Source: Dipteris shenzhenensis
Lineage: Eukaryota
Reading direction: 5' to 3' (one strand)
DNA: 64,000 bases
NCBI GenBank assembly: GCA_047967505.1
Contig: CM106538.1
In this document: positions 39,086-51,539 of the stretch, piece after piece
How the letters are laid out: every line of letters starts with the position of its first letter
Numbering within the stretch: position 1 is the first letter of the stretch
Program-made: the position numbers and the translations under genes
The notes under the pieces: model-generated
What the model was told of the DNA's origin: nothing
Seen by the model: the letters and a program-made list of their open reading frames with translations, nothing else
The model's database searches: none

Positions 39086-41850
39086 ACATAGGATATGCAT
39101 AGATGTCAATGTATGATATTGAAATTCAAATTGTTGTGGAACATGCCATTGGTTTTATTATTCTTTTGAGATTCTTTTTTTTGCACCATCTCGTTTTGAA
39201 ATCTTTGTATGTTGGTTTTTGTGAGAGAGATTTGTGTAAGCTTTCTTTTTCTATAATTAACCCTTGCAACACTTTAGATTTTATAATAACAATGGCCCCT
39301 TCTAAATATCAAGGAAAATCTTCCTTCTTTTCAAATTTTTGCAAGTCTTTAAATGAGTATGGCATTATCATGCACATGCACAAAAGCACAAAAACATTAA
39401 TGACTAACGCTCCTCTAAATCATCAAGGTTCTTAGTGTTAATGCATTTCAACTTAAGCTAATTTATTTTTTTGCAACATCTCACTTTGAAATCTTTGTAT
39501 TTGGTTTTTATCTGAGAGATTTGTGTAAGATTTTTTATTCTATAATTTTTTTATTGTTGTTTTCTGAATCCTTGCAACATTTTATATTTAATAATAACAA
39601 TGTCCACTTCTAAATATCAAGGAAAAGCTTCCTTCCTTTCAAAGTTTGTAAGTCTTTAAATGAGTATGGAATTATTATGCACATGCACAAAAGCACCAAA
39701 CCATTCATCCTCTAAATTATCAAGATTCTTATTTTTAATGCATTTCAACTTAAGCTATTGCAACACAGGTTAAGTGTTTAGTGTGACATGAGCTTGTTAC
39801 AAAAACCAACGTTATGGCAATTGCATATATCACAATGTTGTTCATTCTTAATCCAATACATATTGCAACAATAGCTAGTGCATGGCTATGTTGTCACCCA
39901 AAATCTATATGCTTTAGCCTTGGCTTGTAGTAGTGAAAATATAATGGATGGGTTTGTGGTGTTTGTATGACTATCACAACCACCATTTTGCAATATGTGT
40001 GTGCACTTGCAAAATGACTTCCCCCAAGCTTACATTGATATAGATTCCATTCGAGCAAAGTGCATCTCTAATAGTTCATCAATTAACGATGTGTGTACTT
40101 GCAAGATGCCTTCCCCCAAGCTTACATTGATATATATTCCATTCACACAAAGTGCATCTCTTCAATTTGTAAGAGGGATTTTTTTGGCTATGACGTCTTT
40201 TTAATAAGTAAAGTTATTGGAATCATCTAATACATTTCCCCTCATTGCATTACAACTCATCACCTTACCCATCTCACAAGATAGCACGTGGTTCTTGAAT
40301 CAATGCCAAGTGCTATCACTTATGAGCTAATCATGTGTTCAAGCATTGATTCATGAACCAAGTGCAATCACTTGTCCGCTAATCAAATAGCTTCCTATCC
40401 CTTTCGATATTCAAGGTTTGAGTACAACTACCTATTGAACATACCTCAAGCTCCTCATACTACCTTGTACCATGATAATTCAAGCAAAGGAGTTTCCTCC
40501 TCCCATTACTCCATTTGCAAAACTACAAGGGCCCTTCCACTCCTACCAAATCTTACACAAAGTTCACCATAAGTGTTACACATCATCAAGCACTTTCAAA
40601 AAGGATTTCTCACACTCCACTCTTATTCTCACAAAGAGGGTTTACCCTACCAAGCATGAAAAATGTGTTATACCCTGAAGCACATATGAAGGTTCGACAT
40701 CATGTCAACAATTCAAAAGCAACAATCATAAGCATGTGTAAGGAATGGAAATGAGAGTAATAATGACATTAGGATCTGACACAAACAAACATAGCAAACC
40801 CAAGACATTTATATTAACCCAATACAAGCATTTTTTTTCTAGCAACTGTACGTAAACCTCGAATCATGGTTATCATGGATCGGCCGCTTAAGAAAGGCAA
40901 TGGCTTTGAGTGGAACTCTATTGATAGCAGTGGAGATAAAGTATAGTTACATAGGATATGCAGGGATGTCAATGTATGATATTGAAGAAATCCATATTGT
41001 TGCAAAACATGCCATAGGTTTTATTATACTTTCGAGATTCATTTTTTGCACCATCTCACTTTGAAATCTTAGTATGTTGGCTCTTGTGAGAGAAATTTGT
41101 GTAAGCTTTCTTCTTCTATAATTTTTTAATAATTATTTTATAAATCCTTGCAAACATTTTAGATTTTATAATAACAATGGCCCCTTCTAAATATCAAGGA
41201 AAAGCTTCCTTCTTTTCAAATTTTGTAAGTCTTAAAATGGGTATGACATTATTATGCACATGCACAAAAGCACAAAACCATTTATGATTTTTTGCTCCTC
41301 TAAATCATCAAGGTTCTTGTTTTTAAAAACTTAAGCTATTGTAACACAAGTTAAGTGTTGGTGTGATGTGAGCATTGTACTACCAAAACTAACATAATGA
41401 TAATCACATAGATCACAATGTTGTTTATTCTTAATCTGATAGATGTTGCAACAATAGCTAGTGCATGACAAATGCTATCACCCAAAATCTGTAGCTTTGT
41501 GGCTTTACACTGTGTAATCTTGGCATGTAGTGAAAAGATAATGGATCAGTTTGTTGCGTTTGTACGATTGTCGCAACCAACATTTTGCAATAAGCAGAGG
41601 TTTCAAAATGTGTCTTTTGCAATATGACTCTCATTGCAAAAGGCCTTCATTTCAACATTGTCATCTAATCGATCAAAGATGTGTGCACTTGTCAAGATGC
41701 CTTCCCCCAAGCTTACGTTGATGTATGTTCCATTCCGACATAATGCTTCTCTTCAATTTTTTATGAGGATTTTTTCTTGGGAGATCCTTTAAGTAAAGTT
41801 ATTGGAATCATCTAACACATTTCCCCCCATTGCATTATAGCCCATCTCCT
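39086..41850 (+). repeat. Diverged AT-rich direct duplications (39086-40270 versus 40948-41850, plus an internal partial copy at about 39470-39760)
   Basis: Shared anchors include CTTCTAAATATCAAGGAAAA (3 copies), ATGCACATGCACAAAAGCAC (3 copies) and AAGTAAAGTTATTGGAATCATCTAA (2 copies). Confidence 0.85.
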
Positions 41851-42419
41851 TCTTAAAACATTACTTCACTATAAGAAAATTTTAAGAATCCTTTTTCTTT
41901 CTTCATTTGATATTTTAGAAGTCATTTTACCTTGGCACTCCTCTTTGACCTCATGATCTTGCTAGCTTCCAATTCCACCTCTCCTACTTGCTTCTTGTAA
42001 TGAGCATTCTTTGTGGCCGTCCTACCTTGTAAATCATTTCTTTGTGTTTTGGCTACAACAAGTCTCACTATCCTCAATTTTTCCATTGTCCTTCCTCATT
42101 AATCTTGCTATCACAAAATCAAGTATGAGCTTTCCATCTCTCCTTTCTACAATGCTAGTGGACTACATATTGAACCAATTACAATGCATACCTTTGGTTT
42201 TACATTGGTAGAGATCATCTTAACATGCTTAACATTGTCTTTATTATACATATCATAAATATAAACAAGCTAAGAAGAGCATGCAATGATCATAGACTTT
42301 CCTATCTAGATATTGGAAACCTTATCCCAAAAAAGACATGCAGGAGATTACAAACTTTTCTTACCTATGTGTTGCAAAGCATGTATAACTTGCAACTACA
42401 TCAGAGGTATCTATAGGTG

Positions 42420-42991
42420 ATTATAAACATCCGACCTAGATAGTCGTTGGACTTTATATAGATGAGTTGTCTCCTCCATTGACACATTAGAAGGTAGAGA
42501 TTCTACTCTTGCAGATACCTTTACCCATTCTACGATGCATTGATGATGTGGTATTAATCTCAAGCATGGCAAAGAGCCTACAAGCACACTTGACAACTCT
42601 TCAAGTATTTTGTGACAACAGAGATATGGAGGTCAACTTTGGTACAACCAAGATTATGACCTTCCAACACTAATGATGTCCATTTACATCACAAGTCATT
42701 CACCTTTAGGAGAGTACAAGATGAGATCATAATGTTGTATGTGTACTTGGGATGCATCCTCAAGGCCCAATGATGAGGACGTGTCTCACACTTGACAACT
42801 CTTCAAGTATTTTGTGACAACAGAGATATGGAGGTCAACTTTGGTACAACCAAGATTATGACCTTCCAACACTAACGATGTCCATTTACATCACAAGTCA
42901 TTCACCTTTAGGAGAGTACAAGATGAGATCATAATGTTGTATGTGTACTTGGGATGCATCCTCAAGGCCCAATGATGAGGACGTGTCTCAC
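42420..42991 (+). mobile_element. Non-LTR retrotransposon (RTE/L2-like) reverse transcriptase remnant with a 202-bp tandem duplication
   Basis: GLYIDEL...DDVVLISSMAKSLQAHLTTLQVFCDNRDMEVNFGTTKIMTF...YVYLG matches LINE RT domains 4-7. 42585-42786 is repeated from 42787. Confidence 0.8.
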
Positions 42992-44526
42992 CCTCTGAGC
43001 TAGAGAGAGACTCCTTGTTGGCTCTTTCTCACGGCTTCCCCAGGAAGAGCATGGTATTCTCAGTATGTAGGGTTCCGAGGCTTTTTGTCACCTACAGATA
43101 TATCGGGGTGTAGCTTAAGACCTCAAGTCGTGTTCCGGTGAGAGACATAGACTTAAGTATGATAAGGAAACATAGTGCATGCATGTGTGAAAGGAACGTG
43201 CATCATCATGGTTGAGGTAATGAAGGCTCTCGCCTTCATTGGGGGTTAAAGGGTTTAGGAGGAGTTTAAGGGTTAGAGGGAGGATCAGGATTTAGAAGGA
43301 GGTTCCAAGGTTTAGAAAGAGGTTTCAAAGTTTAGAAGAGGTTCCAAAGTTTAGAAGAGGTTCAAGGGTTAGAAGAAGGATCCAAGGTTTAGGGTAGAGT
43401 ACATGGTGGAGAACTCGTCTCTCTCATAGTTCATGAAGGTTAAGGGTTGAGGAACTAAGGGTTTAGGGAAAGCATAGAAGTGGGAGAGGAAGAAGATGTA
43501 AGAGCATGGGGGAAAAGGAGAGAGAGAAAAGGGAGAAAGAGAAGGGAGGAGGAGGAGGAGGGAGAGGAGGAGAGAGAGAGGATGGGTTGCAAGGTTGGAG
43601 GAGAGGGGACATGTAAGAGTTGCATGTTGCATGTAGGAGTTGCATGTAGAACTGGCATGTTGCATGTTGCATGTAGGAGTTGCATGTTAAACATGCATGT
43701 AGGAATCGCATGTAGGAGTTGCATGTAGGACTTGCATGTAGGAGTTGCGAGTAGAACTTGCATGTAGAACATGCATGTAGGACTTGCATGTAGGAGTTGC
43801 AAGTAGAACTTGCATGTTGAGGATTCCTAAGAGAGATTATTCCTACCCTTATGCAAGTACAAGCGGAGCTTTGCCACTACTCTACACACACATTTTGTAC
43901 TACCTAAGTCCATATTGGCATAGAGACAATACTCCTTCCGAGCTCATTTTTACATGTCAATACAACACCTCCATCATGGAGAGATTTTGTTCAATATAAC
44001 ATTGCTGCTTCATCATTCATATGCTATGTGTACTACTGATTTTCCATTTTAAGGGAGTTAACCTCACAAACATAGAATGGGTCGGATTTGAAAGGCTAGA
44101 AGTCATGATATTGCAAATATTCTCACACCACTAAATGGTTCACATCCCATATTGCACAATATTCTCACACCACTAAATGGTTCACATCTCATATATGTCC
44201 TTTCTATGTTTAGCATGGCAGAAGATCCATGAAATGATCAAAGAAGGCTTAGCCCAAGCGCACATTCTGAAGATCCACCAAATGATTGGAGATGGCTTAT
44301 GCCAAGTGCACATTCAAAAGAAATGGGTATCGCCAATGCACCCTGGCACAAGATGGCCTTTATAGTGAGCAATACTTCCCCTTACTCATGATGGCTTCAT
44401 CAGACACCAAGGTGCCTCCAAAACCATCTCTTGCATGCCATAGGCTAGCTTTGAACATCCTCCCACACTATACATGTTTTATTTTCGCATTGTTTAGACC
44501 TGGTCTCATCGACCTTTTATCTTCTT

Positions 44527-44589
<63 letters not shown>

Positions 44590-44593
<4 letters not shown>

Positions 44594-45600
44594 TGTCTGT
44601 TGCCCACACCCTCAGTCTACCACCCACCCTCTCACCGTCTAGCGGCCGTTTCTCAGCCCTTCCAACCCCTAGCGGCAATCTCCCAACCCCTCTGCGTAGC
44701 CTCTCCACACCTGCCCCACTCCCCCTAGTTCTCTTCAACTCACCCCTTGCCCCTTGCACCACCTCTCCTCTCCTCTCTTCTCCCACCTTGAGGTGGAGTT
44801 GATCCCCCACCTAAGCTCAGGGGTTAAAGCAACTAGGGCCAAAATGAAACAACAAAAGATACCAGCTGTCGCCCCTACCACCCTTACCCAAATAAAGAGA
44901 TTATCATACTCTGACATCACCTGTGCCCCAACACCAACTCTATAAAGTGACCTACCAAAGACATCGGAGAAAACATGTAGTGGGATTAGAGCCACAAGAA
45001 CACATCTATTTTCTACAACAAGAGCTTAGAGAGGTCGATCTTTGACTTGCCTCCTTGAAGAGGTAACTCCTTTGACATGGAAAACAATGGGAAACACAAG
45101 CTAATCCAAGATGTAACGTAGAAATGGCATTCAGTAGTACCGGCATCACAATTGGTATCTACTATCGTAGTAGTAAATAATAAAATCAGTACAAGGACGT
45201 GTATGGGGAGGGGGGTAAACAAGAAACTAGGACTGCCGATGCCCCAAGTCTATGCATAAGGGGCTCCCTGAGGGTTGATATGCTAGAGATGGGTGCACAG
45301 CAGAAAATATTGATCTTGTTAAGGAAATTTTCCTTTAGATGGCATACTTTGCAACTGTAAAAGGGGGCGGAAGCACAAGTAGCATTCAATGACAAGCCTG
45401 TAAGGGGTAACGTTCTTGAGTAACAAGATGAAAGGCACCAAGATTTGGATCTCAAAGGAGCTCACCTTGATTCAACTCAAGGCAAAATAGAATCGACTGA
45501 AGTAGAGGATGCTCGGAAGGAAGGGAAATGGGTTATCTATAGAGAAAGAAAGGGAGAAATCGGAAACTTCAAGCCTAGACCCAAAGACTCAATCTTAAAA
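44590..45600 (+). mobile_element. LINE ORF1-like remnant with a C-rich leader
   Basis: KMKGTKIWISKELTLIQLKAK...DARKEGKWVIYR resembles the ORF1 C-terminal LKGTxIWIxEDLT pattern and shares that motif with 50330-51280. Confidence 0.55.
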
Positions 45601-45838
45601 TGATGAAAATGATATTTACACTAGGTTATAGCTAGTTAAAATAATCTCGGAGATGCTCTATGCACTCTCAAGAGATGCCTTGTGCGCTCTGTTCACTCTC
45701 TAGTACTCAAATGTGGTAGCTGCTTTTTTTTTTGTGCTTTGTCTCATAGGCCTAGACGCCTCCTAAAGACCGACCAAGCATCATTGGTACGGAAGGCGAG
45801 GAAGCGGAAGAGCATCCCGAAGCTATCTCTAATATGAC

Positions 45839-45875
<37 letters not shown>

Positions 45876-46467
45876 AGCTTCATCCATGAGGCACTTAGAC
45901 GTCAAGAGCACCTTCCTAGATCACAAAGATAAGTACTAGACGTACTGAGACTCTTCTCAAAGTATGATCACAAGGTTTTTCCAAGCGAACCGCACAAGTT
46001 ATAACCCCACGGGCACCCAACACAGGCGGGACCCAAAGCCAATGACACAATACACCCAATATAGGACAAACATGCAAATTATACTTAGAGATGTCCCCTC
46101 CATGTTCAAGGTTGGGACACGACAGACAAGGGTTACTGTATCCCTAGTCCAACACAGGGCCTCTGCTAGGAGATCGCGCCACACAACACCCACAAATAGT
46201 TGATGACGCTTTATTTTTTATTTTATACTATAGCTACCTCATCAATCGATTGGTCTTCCATGACATTGGACCAAGCTTTGCTTTGTACTCTGATGACATA
46301 TGAGGATAGTGATGATGGGGAGGGTCATATTGATGTTATGACTCTATAGTGATGCTCTTATAGCTATCTAGCATGTAGCATGTAGTATGGGTGTTGATGC
46401 TCGTTTAGTACCTCCATTTCAGCTTGTTTGTATCAGATTCTCCATCGATCTTTCGAAGACTTTAATA

Positions 46468-46514
<47 letters not shown>

Positions 46515-46794
46515 AAAAAGAAAGAGAAATAATGAAACAAAGCCAGGTAATGACTGGACTTGGATGGTATGTGGGGGCTAGAGGAAGGGTATATGTAAAG
46601 GTGGGATACCGAGTTTCACAAAGAAAAAACCCATCCGAATAGAGACATTTCGGGATAATATTTTATATGCATATCGTGTGTGCACATGCAAGCATACATG
46701 CATGCTTAACAAATTTCTGAAAGCATGCAATGCAAAAGGACTAAGCTTTGTTATGGTGGGGCCTGTCTCATAAATTATGAATAACACCTGACTT

Positions 46795-49602
46795 CTATAT
46801 TCCAAGATCATCTTTCTCCTCTGACATTGTATCATATTTTCTCTTCTTTAACATCCCATGCTCCGCATTGCTCCCATCAGATGTACAGTCTGCAGCTGGT
46901 GGGCTATTGCAGCGACGCAAGAACGCTTTCAAAGTAGACTGTCCAGAGGGTAAGCACTGATGATGGCGTGCTGCGGGAGCCACGTGCAGACTATCTTCTT
47001 TCCCATCTAAAACCTGGCCAACATTCTCCAGCTTGTGTTGCACACTATCCCAAATAAGGTCATCTACTGTATCATGAGCATGTAAATAATATACATTGAC
47101 CGAAGAAACTTGCCCTATACGATGTGCTCGGTCTTCTGCTTGCACGAGGTCCCCTGGAGTCCATGACATTTCTGCAAATATGACTGAGCTTGCTGCAGTC
47201 AAATTCAGGCCTACACCTGCGGCTCGAATACCAAGCACTGCAGCCTTCACACTTTCATTCTCTTGAAATCTTGCCACTAGTGTTTGCCGTAATGACGCTA
47301 GTGTGCCCCCATCAATTCTGATATACCCAACCTTCTTCTTCATAAGAAACTGCTCAATCCCATCAAGCATAATTTTATGATGTGCAAAGATGAGAAACTT
47401 ACAATCAGCCTCAACTATAGTAGATAGATAGTCCATCACAGCTGGGACTTTTACTTCTGCCGACTCAGTGTAAATCTTACTTATAAGTTGCCTCTGAGAA
47501 TATCTCAAACTTTCAGCATCTTCCTGAGACTTGCAGTTTTTTAGTTCCCTCTTTACTGCTTCCAACTCATAAAAAAGAGCGCGCATCTGTTTCAATCCCC
47601 TCTCATCTAATGTAAGGTAAATCTGTTGCCGCCGTTTGAGCGGAAGCTCCGATAGAACTTCCTTCTTTAACCTTCTTATCATAATTGTAGACTTCATCAA
47701 AGCATGCAGCTCCTCACAATTACTGGCCCCTTGATATACACCAAAATGTCCACCCATGCAATACCGCTTTCCGTACTCATGTACATTTCGGTATGTGCCA
47801 GATTGCAAGGCCTCTAGCTGTTTAAATAGCTCAATCGGTCGTGACAATGCCGGAGTACCGGTTAGAAGCAAGGCATACTTACATCGCTGCAATAAGGGTA
47901 CACAAACAGCTGTCCTCTTAGCTTGCGCATTTTTCATATAGTGGGCCTCATCAGCAATAACAATCTTAAAGTCTGTATGCACAATCTCATCTTGCAGTTT
48001 CGATACAAGTTCATATGACACAATGTTAAACAGCCCATCGAGCCTCACCGGTTGTCTTCCAGCAGTCTGTACAATATTGAATCCCTCTCTGTTGGATCCG
48101 TAACATTGAGACATTACCACCAGAATGTCACTGGATGGAATGTTCAGCCACTGACTGATCATTGCAGCCCAATGGAGCCGTAGTGATGAAGGTGTGATTA
48201 CAAGCACCGGCCAATCATCTACAAAGCATGTTGTAAATGCAATCGCTTGCAAAGTCTTGCCCAACCCCATCTCATCTGCAATAAGCGATCGTCCTCCATG
48301 CTGTAACGTGAAACTTACACCCTCACGCTGGAAAGGCAGCAATCGTTTTTCAAGCTCAACCGGTATGTTGCAATATTTTTCTCTTAGATCAGGCATGGTC
48401 AAAGATGCTTCAAGAGCACGTCTTACAAGTGGCTCCAGACGTTCCAGGTTAACAATAAGACCATCAATACTGGAAATTTTTTTCTCCGCTTCCTGCAAAG
48501 AAGAGAAAGGGAAAACCCACAATCTCTCCCTGGCATGCCATTCTGCTCTTGCTATTGACTTCAGTGCAGCCACCAGTCGGGGTTCATATTCGCATTTTGC
48601 AGCAATATTACCACTGTTATGGAGTATCAATTTAACAGCAACCTTAACAGTAGAACTATCTTGCAATTTCTGATTTTGCAATCTAGCATCTTGAGCATCT
48701 CCTTGCTTCCTTGGTATTGACCATGGGGCTACCTCAGAAGATAGTGATACTGGTGCTTCTTCCTGTTGTGAGCACCGAGTACTTTCATTGTTTGGGAGAT
48801 GAAAACACTCAGGTAGCACTAAGGGAAGTATAGCCTCAATAACAATTGAAGGGTTTGATATCTTTCGAAGTGCCTGCACAAGTTCTTCGAGGCTAGCCCT
48901 AGGAAATGTCCACACTCTTTCTTCCAAGTTCCAAGCTCTTCCTGAAACAGATTGGCATGCTTCTTTGATACTGTCATGATAAGGATTGCGTGCAGCAATA
49001 AGGTCAGAACTCATCAGGTATAATTGTACTGTCATTGTGAGAGACCGTTTCACTTTATGACCGGAGATGCTACTTGCAGACTGGTTTGGAGAGCTTTGAG
49101 ACAAAGTAGAAGAAATTGATCCTGAACTGATTCCTTTCTGTTGAACTCTTGGCAAAAGAAGAGGCGGGACTGCTTCAATGCTAGTTGTAACGGTGGACAA
49201 TGAAGAGATTGCTGCGCAAACATCTTCCAGCTTATTTTCAGGATAAGTCCACGCCCTTCTAGTTTGATCCCATTCGTGCCCTGGCACTGTTTTCAATGCT
49301 GCAACAAGACTTGGGTTATATTGAGTCTCTAGCCCAATTCTTCCAGGTCTGTCTTGGAATAACTTTATGGGTAATGATCTTTGAGAGCTTTTCCCAGGTG
49401 AAGAATACAGGCTCTTTGGAAGAGCACGGGCTTTGGCAGGTGAGCTGGATGGCGAGGATGTAGGACCTGTGTGAGGAGGCGAAGCCAATGACGAAGCATA
49501 TTGTTTCTCCGCAAGTCGCCTCTTTGCATTCTCCTCTAATGAATCAAGTTCCTCAACACTGCACCCCCATTCCTCGTCCATTTCAATGTGGATTTGTTTC
49601 AT
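46795..49602 (-). CDS. SMARCAL1: SMARCAL1/HARP-like SNF2-family annealing helicase, 935 aa, uninterrupted ORF
   Basis: LLPFQREGV, Walker A ADEMGLGKT, DEAH box, LTGTPALSRPIELF, RIDG and motif VI QAEDRAHRIGQ, plus N-terminal HARP-like repeats. No internal stops. Confidence 0.93.
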   Translation of the reverse strand: MKQIHIEMDEEWGCSVEELDSLEENAKRRLAEKQYASSLASPPHTGPTSSPSSSPAKARALPKSLYSSPGKSSQRSLPIKLFQDRPGRIGLETQYNPSLVAALKTVPGHEWDQTRRAWTYPENKLEDVCAAISSLSTVTTSIEAVPPLLLPRVQQKGISSGSISSTLSQSSPNQSASSISGHKVKRSLTMTVQLYLMSSDLIAARNPYHDSIKEACQSVSGRAWNLEERVWTFPRASLEELVQALRKISNPSIVIEAILPLVLPECFHLPNNESTRCSQQEEAPVSLSSEVAPWSIPRKQGDAQDARLQNQKLQDSSTVKVAVKLILHNSGNIAAKCEYEPRLVAALKSIARAEWHARERLWVFPFSSLQEAEKKISSIDGLIVNLERLEPLVRRALEASLTMPDLREKYCNIPVELEKRLLPFQREGVSFTLQHGGRSLIADEMGLGKTLQAIAFTTCFVDDWPVLVITPSSLRLHWAAMISQWLNIPSSDILVVMSQCYGSNREGFNIVQTAGRQPVRLDGLFNIVSYELVSKLQDEIVHTDFKIVIADEAHYMKNAQAKRTAVCVPLLQRCKYALLLTGTPALSRPIELFKQLEALQSGTYRNVHEYGKRYCMGGHFGVYQGASNCEELHALMKSTIMIRRLKKEVLSELPLKRRQQIYLTLDERGLKQMRALFYELEAVKRELKNCKSQEDAESLRYSQRQLISKIYTESAEVKVPAVMDYLSTIVEADCKFLIFAHHKIMLDGIEQFLMKKKVGYIRIDGGTLASLRQTLVARFQENESVKAAVLGIRAAGVGLNLTAASSVIFAEMSWTPGDLVQAEDRAHRIGQVSSVNVYYLHAHDTVDDLIWDSVQHKLENVGQVLDGKEDSLHVAPAARHHQCLPSGQSTLKAFLRRCNSPPAADCTSDGSNAEHGMLKKRKYDTMSEEKDDLGI

Positions 49603-50329
49603 TCTACAATGGAGACATGAAAATCATGCTGCTCCCAATACTACAAAAACCTCTTTGCTTCACCTTCCAGGCTGGTCCTTCTGTTGCATTCAGCCAACAA
49701 CTTTAATCAAAACTTCTGAATGAAATATGAATGAAATAAAAATTGCACTATATATACAAGATGATCCACCTCCATCTGAAGTAGCAAATGCAGCCAATCT
49801 ATTACACATGTTCGAAACAAAGAGAAATCCTCCACACGAGCATTTAGTACCAAGGTTTGGACCAGCATATGCCACACCAAGGACACCCATATAAAGTGAT
49901 ATTGTCTCTATTAATAGTGCTAACTACTTGTTCCCTGTCAAAGGTGAACAACCTTTGATAATGTTTGAAAGGAAGGAAAGCAATATCTCCACAGAGGTAG
50001 CAGGTTGAGCTCAGGTCCATTCGCACTGCTTTTAAGATCACAAATGGTAATCTTCAAAAAAATAATTCGGAAAGTCTATTGTGTTTCTAATCTCAAGAGT
50101 GTTTATAGCTATAATATACATCGAAGAAAGTACACACACACCATTTTATAAGAGGTCTGGGATTCCTTAACATGCAATACCCACTAGCTTTCTAGTTGTC
50201 CCTTATCACATACTGTGTATTTGGCTTTGCAAAAACCATAACATCGTACTCAATTACCATTGTATGCACGTTTTTAATGCTAGAAATCTAAGTGTCAATT
50301 CATCCTTTACCAAGCAATTTCGTGCCTCT

Positions 50330-51280
50330 CCTTCCCTCACCCTAGGGCCTTGGCTGCCCTTCCCTGCTCAGCCCTGCAACATATTCTTCCTTCTTCGCCA
50401 CATCTTTCGTCCTGTCGCACAGCCCTTCTTTATTTGACCACATGCTAACCTTCACTTCTGAACGTAAAGCATTCTCTACTTCCTGCAAAACCCCCTCCCC
50501 CCCACAATAACACCCCAATCCCCCCTTGACCTTTCCCTTGATGTGCAGCCTCCCACTCCTCAACTCTGCAATCACAAGGGTAAGAACAAAGTCAAAAAAG
50601 AAAGGAGAGAGGAATGGTAGGGCAGCACGGGGTAGTGCAGGGGTGACTTCACAGTTGCAGCCCGCTGCTTGAGCCTCATGTGGTAGCAAGGTAGCCCTAG
50701 GAAGCCCTGTCAACCCTTCATGCAATGAGCATGAACAAACAATAGTAAATGTGCATTATGACCAGCCCATTATTGAAAGAGGTGAAAAAGTTAAAGATGG
50801 ATCTTACAGCTGTGACAGCTAGACTTCAGGTTCTTGAAGGACCTGGCAAGCAGGCAGTAATAGAGGAGGTAGTGAAGGCTTGCAACGCTTCTCCCCATAC
50901 CCCTCAACTAGTCAAGATCTCGTTCACACTGAAGTAACAAACAATTAGGAAAGAAGTGACTGTGGAGGTTGATACAAAGGCAAGTAAAACTGATATCCAG
51001 AAAGAGATCAAAGCCAGACGTGACAATGCACTGAAGATTAGAGTAGGGGGGCTCTCTGAAGGCTGGTACAAACTTTAGCACATGTCAAAGCAGCCATGCC
51101 TAGCATTGAATGTGCGATTAACGATGATGATGATGGAGCAACTGGTATTCAGAACTCTATAGTACAAGCTATCATTACACTAGATTTACCGGTCAAGCTT
51201 CTCCGACAATCTTACAATTTGAAAGGGACCAAGCTATGGATAGCCGTGCATTAGCGCAACTCCAAAATGAGCTTCGAAGA
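50330..51280 (+). mobile_element. LINE ORF1-like remnant
   Basis: C-rich leader, a coiled coil (EVKKLKMDLTAVTARLQVLE), ARRDNALKIRVGGLSE (RRxNxRIxGLxE-like) and NLKGTKLWIA. Confidence 0.6.
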
Positions 51281-51369
51281 GCCTCTATTTTTCACCCCCT
51301 TCGAACCCCATAGCCCCTGTGTTAAAGGCCCAAGGGGGAACAATGCAGGGGCCCCCAGGTCTAAGTTGC

Positions 51370-51492
51370 TGTTAGAGAATCGGAGGGAATGAATCACTCA
51401 AACCTCCACCCAAGATCTCTCCAACTCTTACACACACTCAACTCAGATAGATGATCACAGATGCAACAAACACTCACTCAGAAATAACTTGG

Positions 51493-51539
<47 letters not shown>

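Larger units (their letters stand above)
18589..43952. mobile_element. Long-inverted-arm (foldback/MULE-like) element. Left arm 18589-18612 + 24137-24159 + 37105-38209 (split by C and E); right arm about 43016-43952
   Basis: 37105-38209 is the diverged reverse complement of 43016-43900 (anchors include GGAATAATCTCTCTTAGGAATCCTCAAC and AACCCTACATACTGAGAATACC). The rest of the right arm matches the short spacers flanking elements C and E. TSD not resolved. Confidence 0.75.

Noticed and set aside
37840-43400. AAACCCT/AGGGTTT-like arrays as an interstitial telomere or CRISPR-like array
   Set aside because: These are short degenerate units within the inverted arms, with no long perfect telomeric run and no repeat-spacer architecture
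46500-46794. Poly(A) tail or TSD for a SMARCAL1 retrocopy
   Set aside because: None is visible downstream of the stop codon
47756-48673. Plus-strand ORFs overlapping SMARCAL1 (and similar ORFs antisense to pol genes)
   Set aside because: They are antisense shadows of real coding sequence
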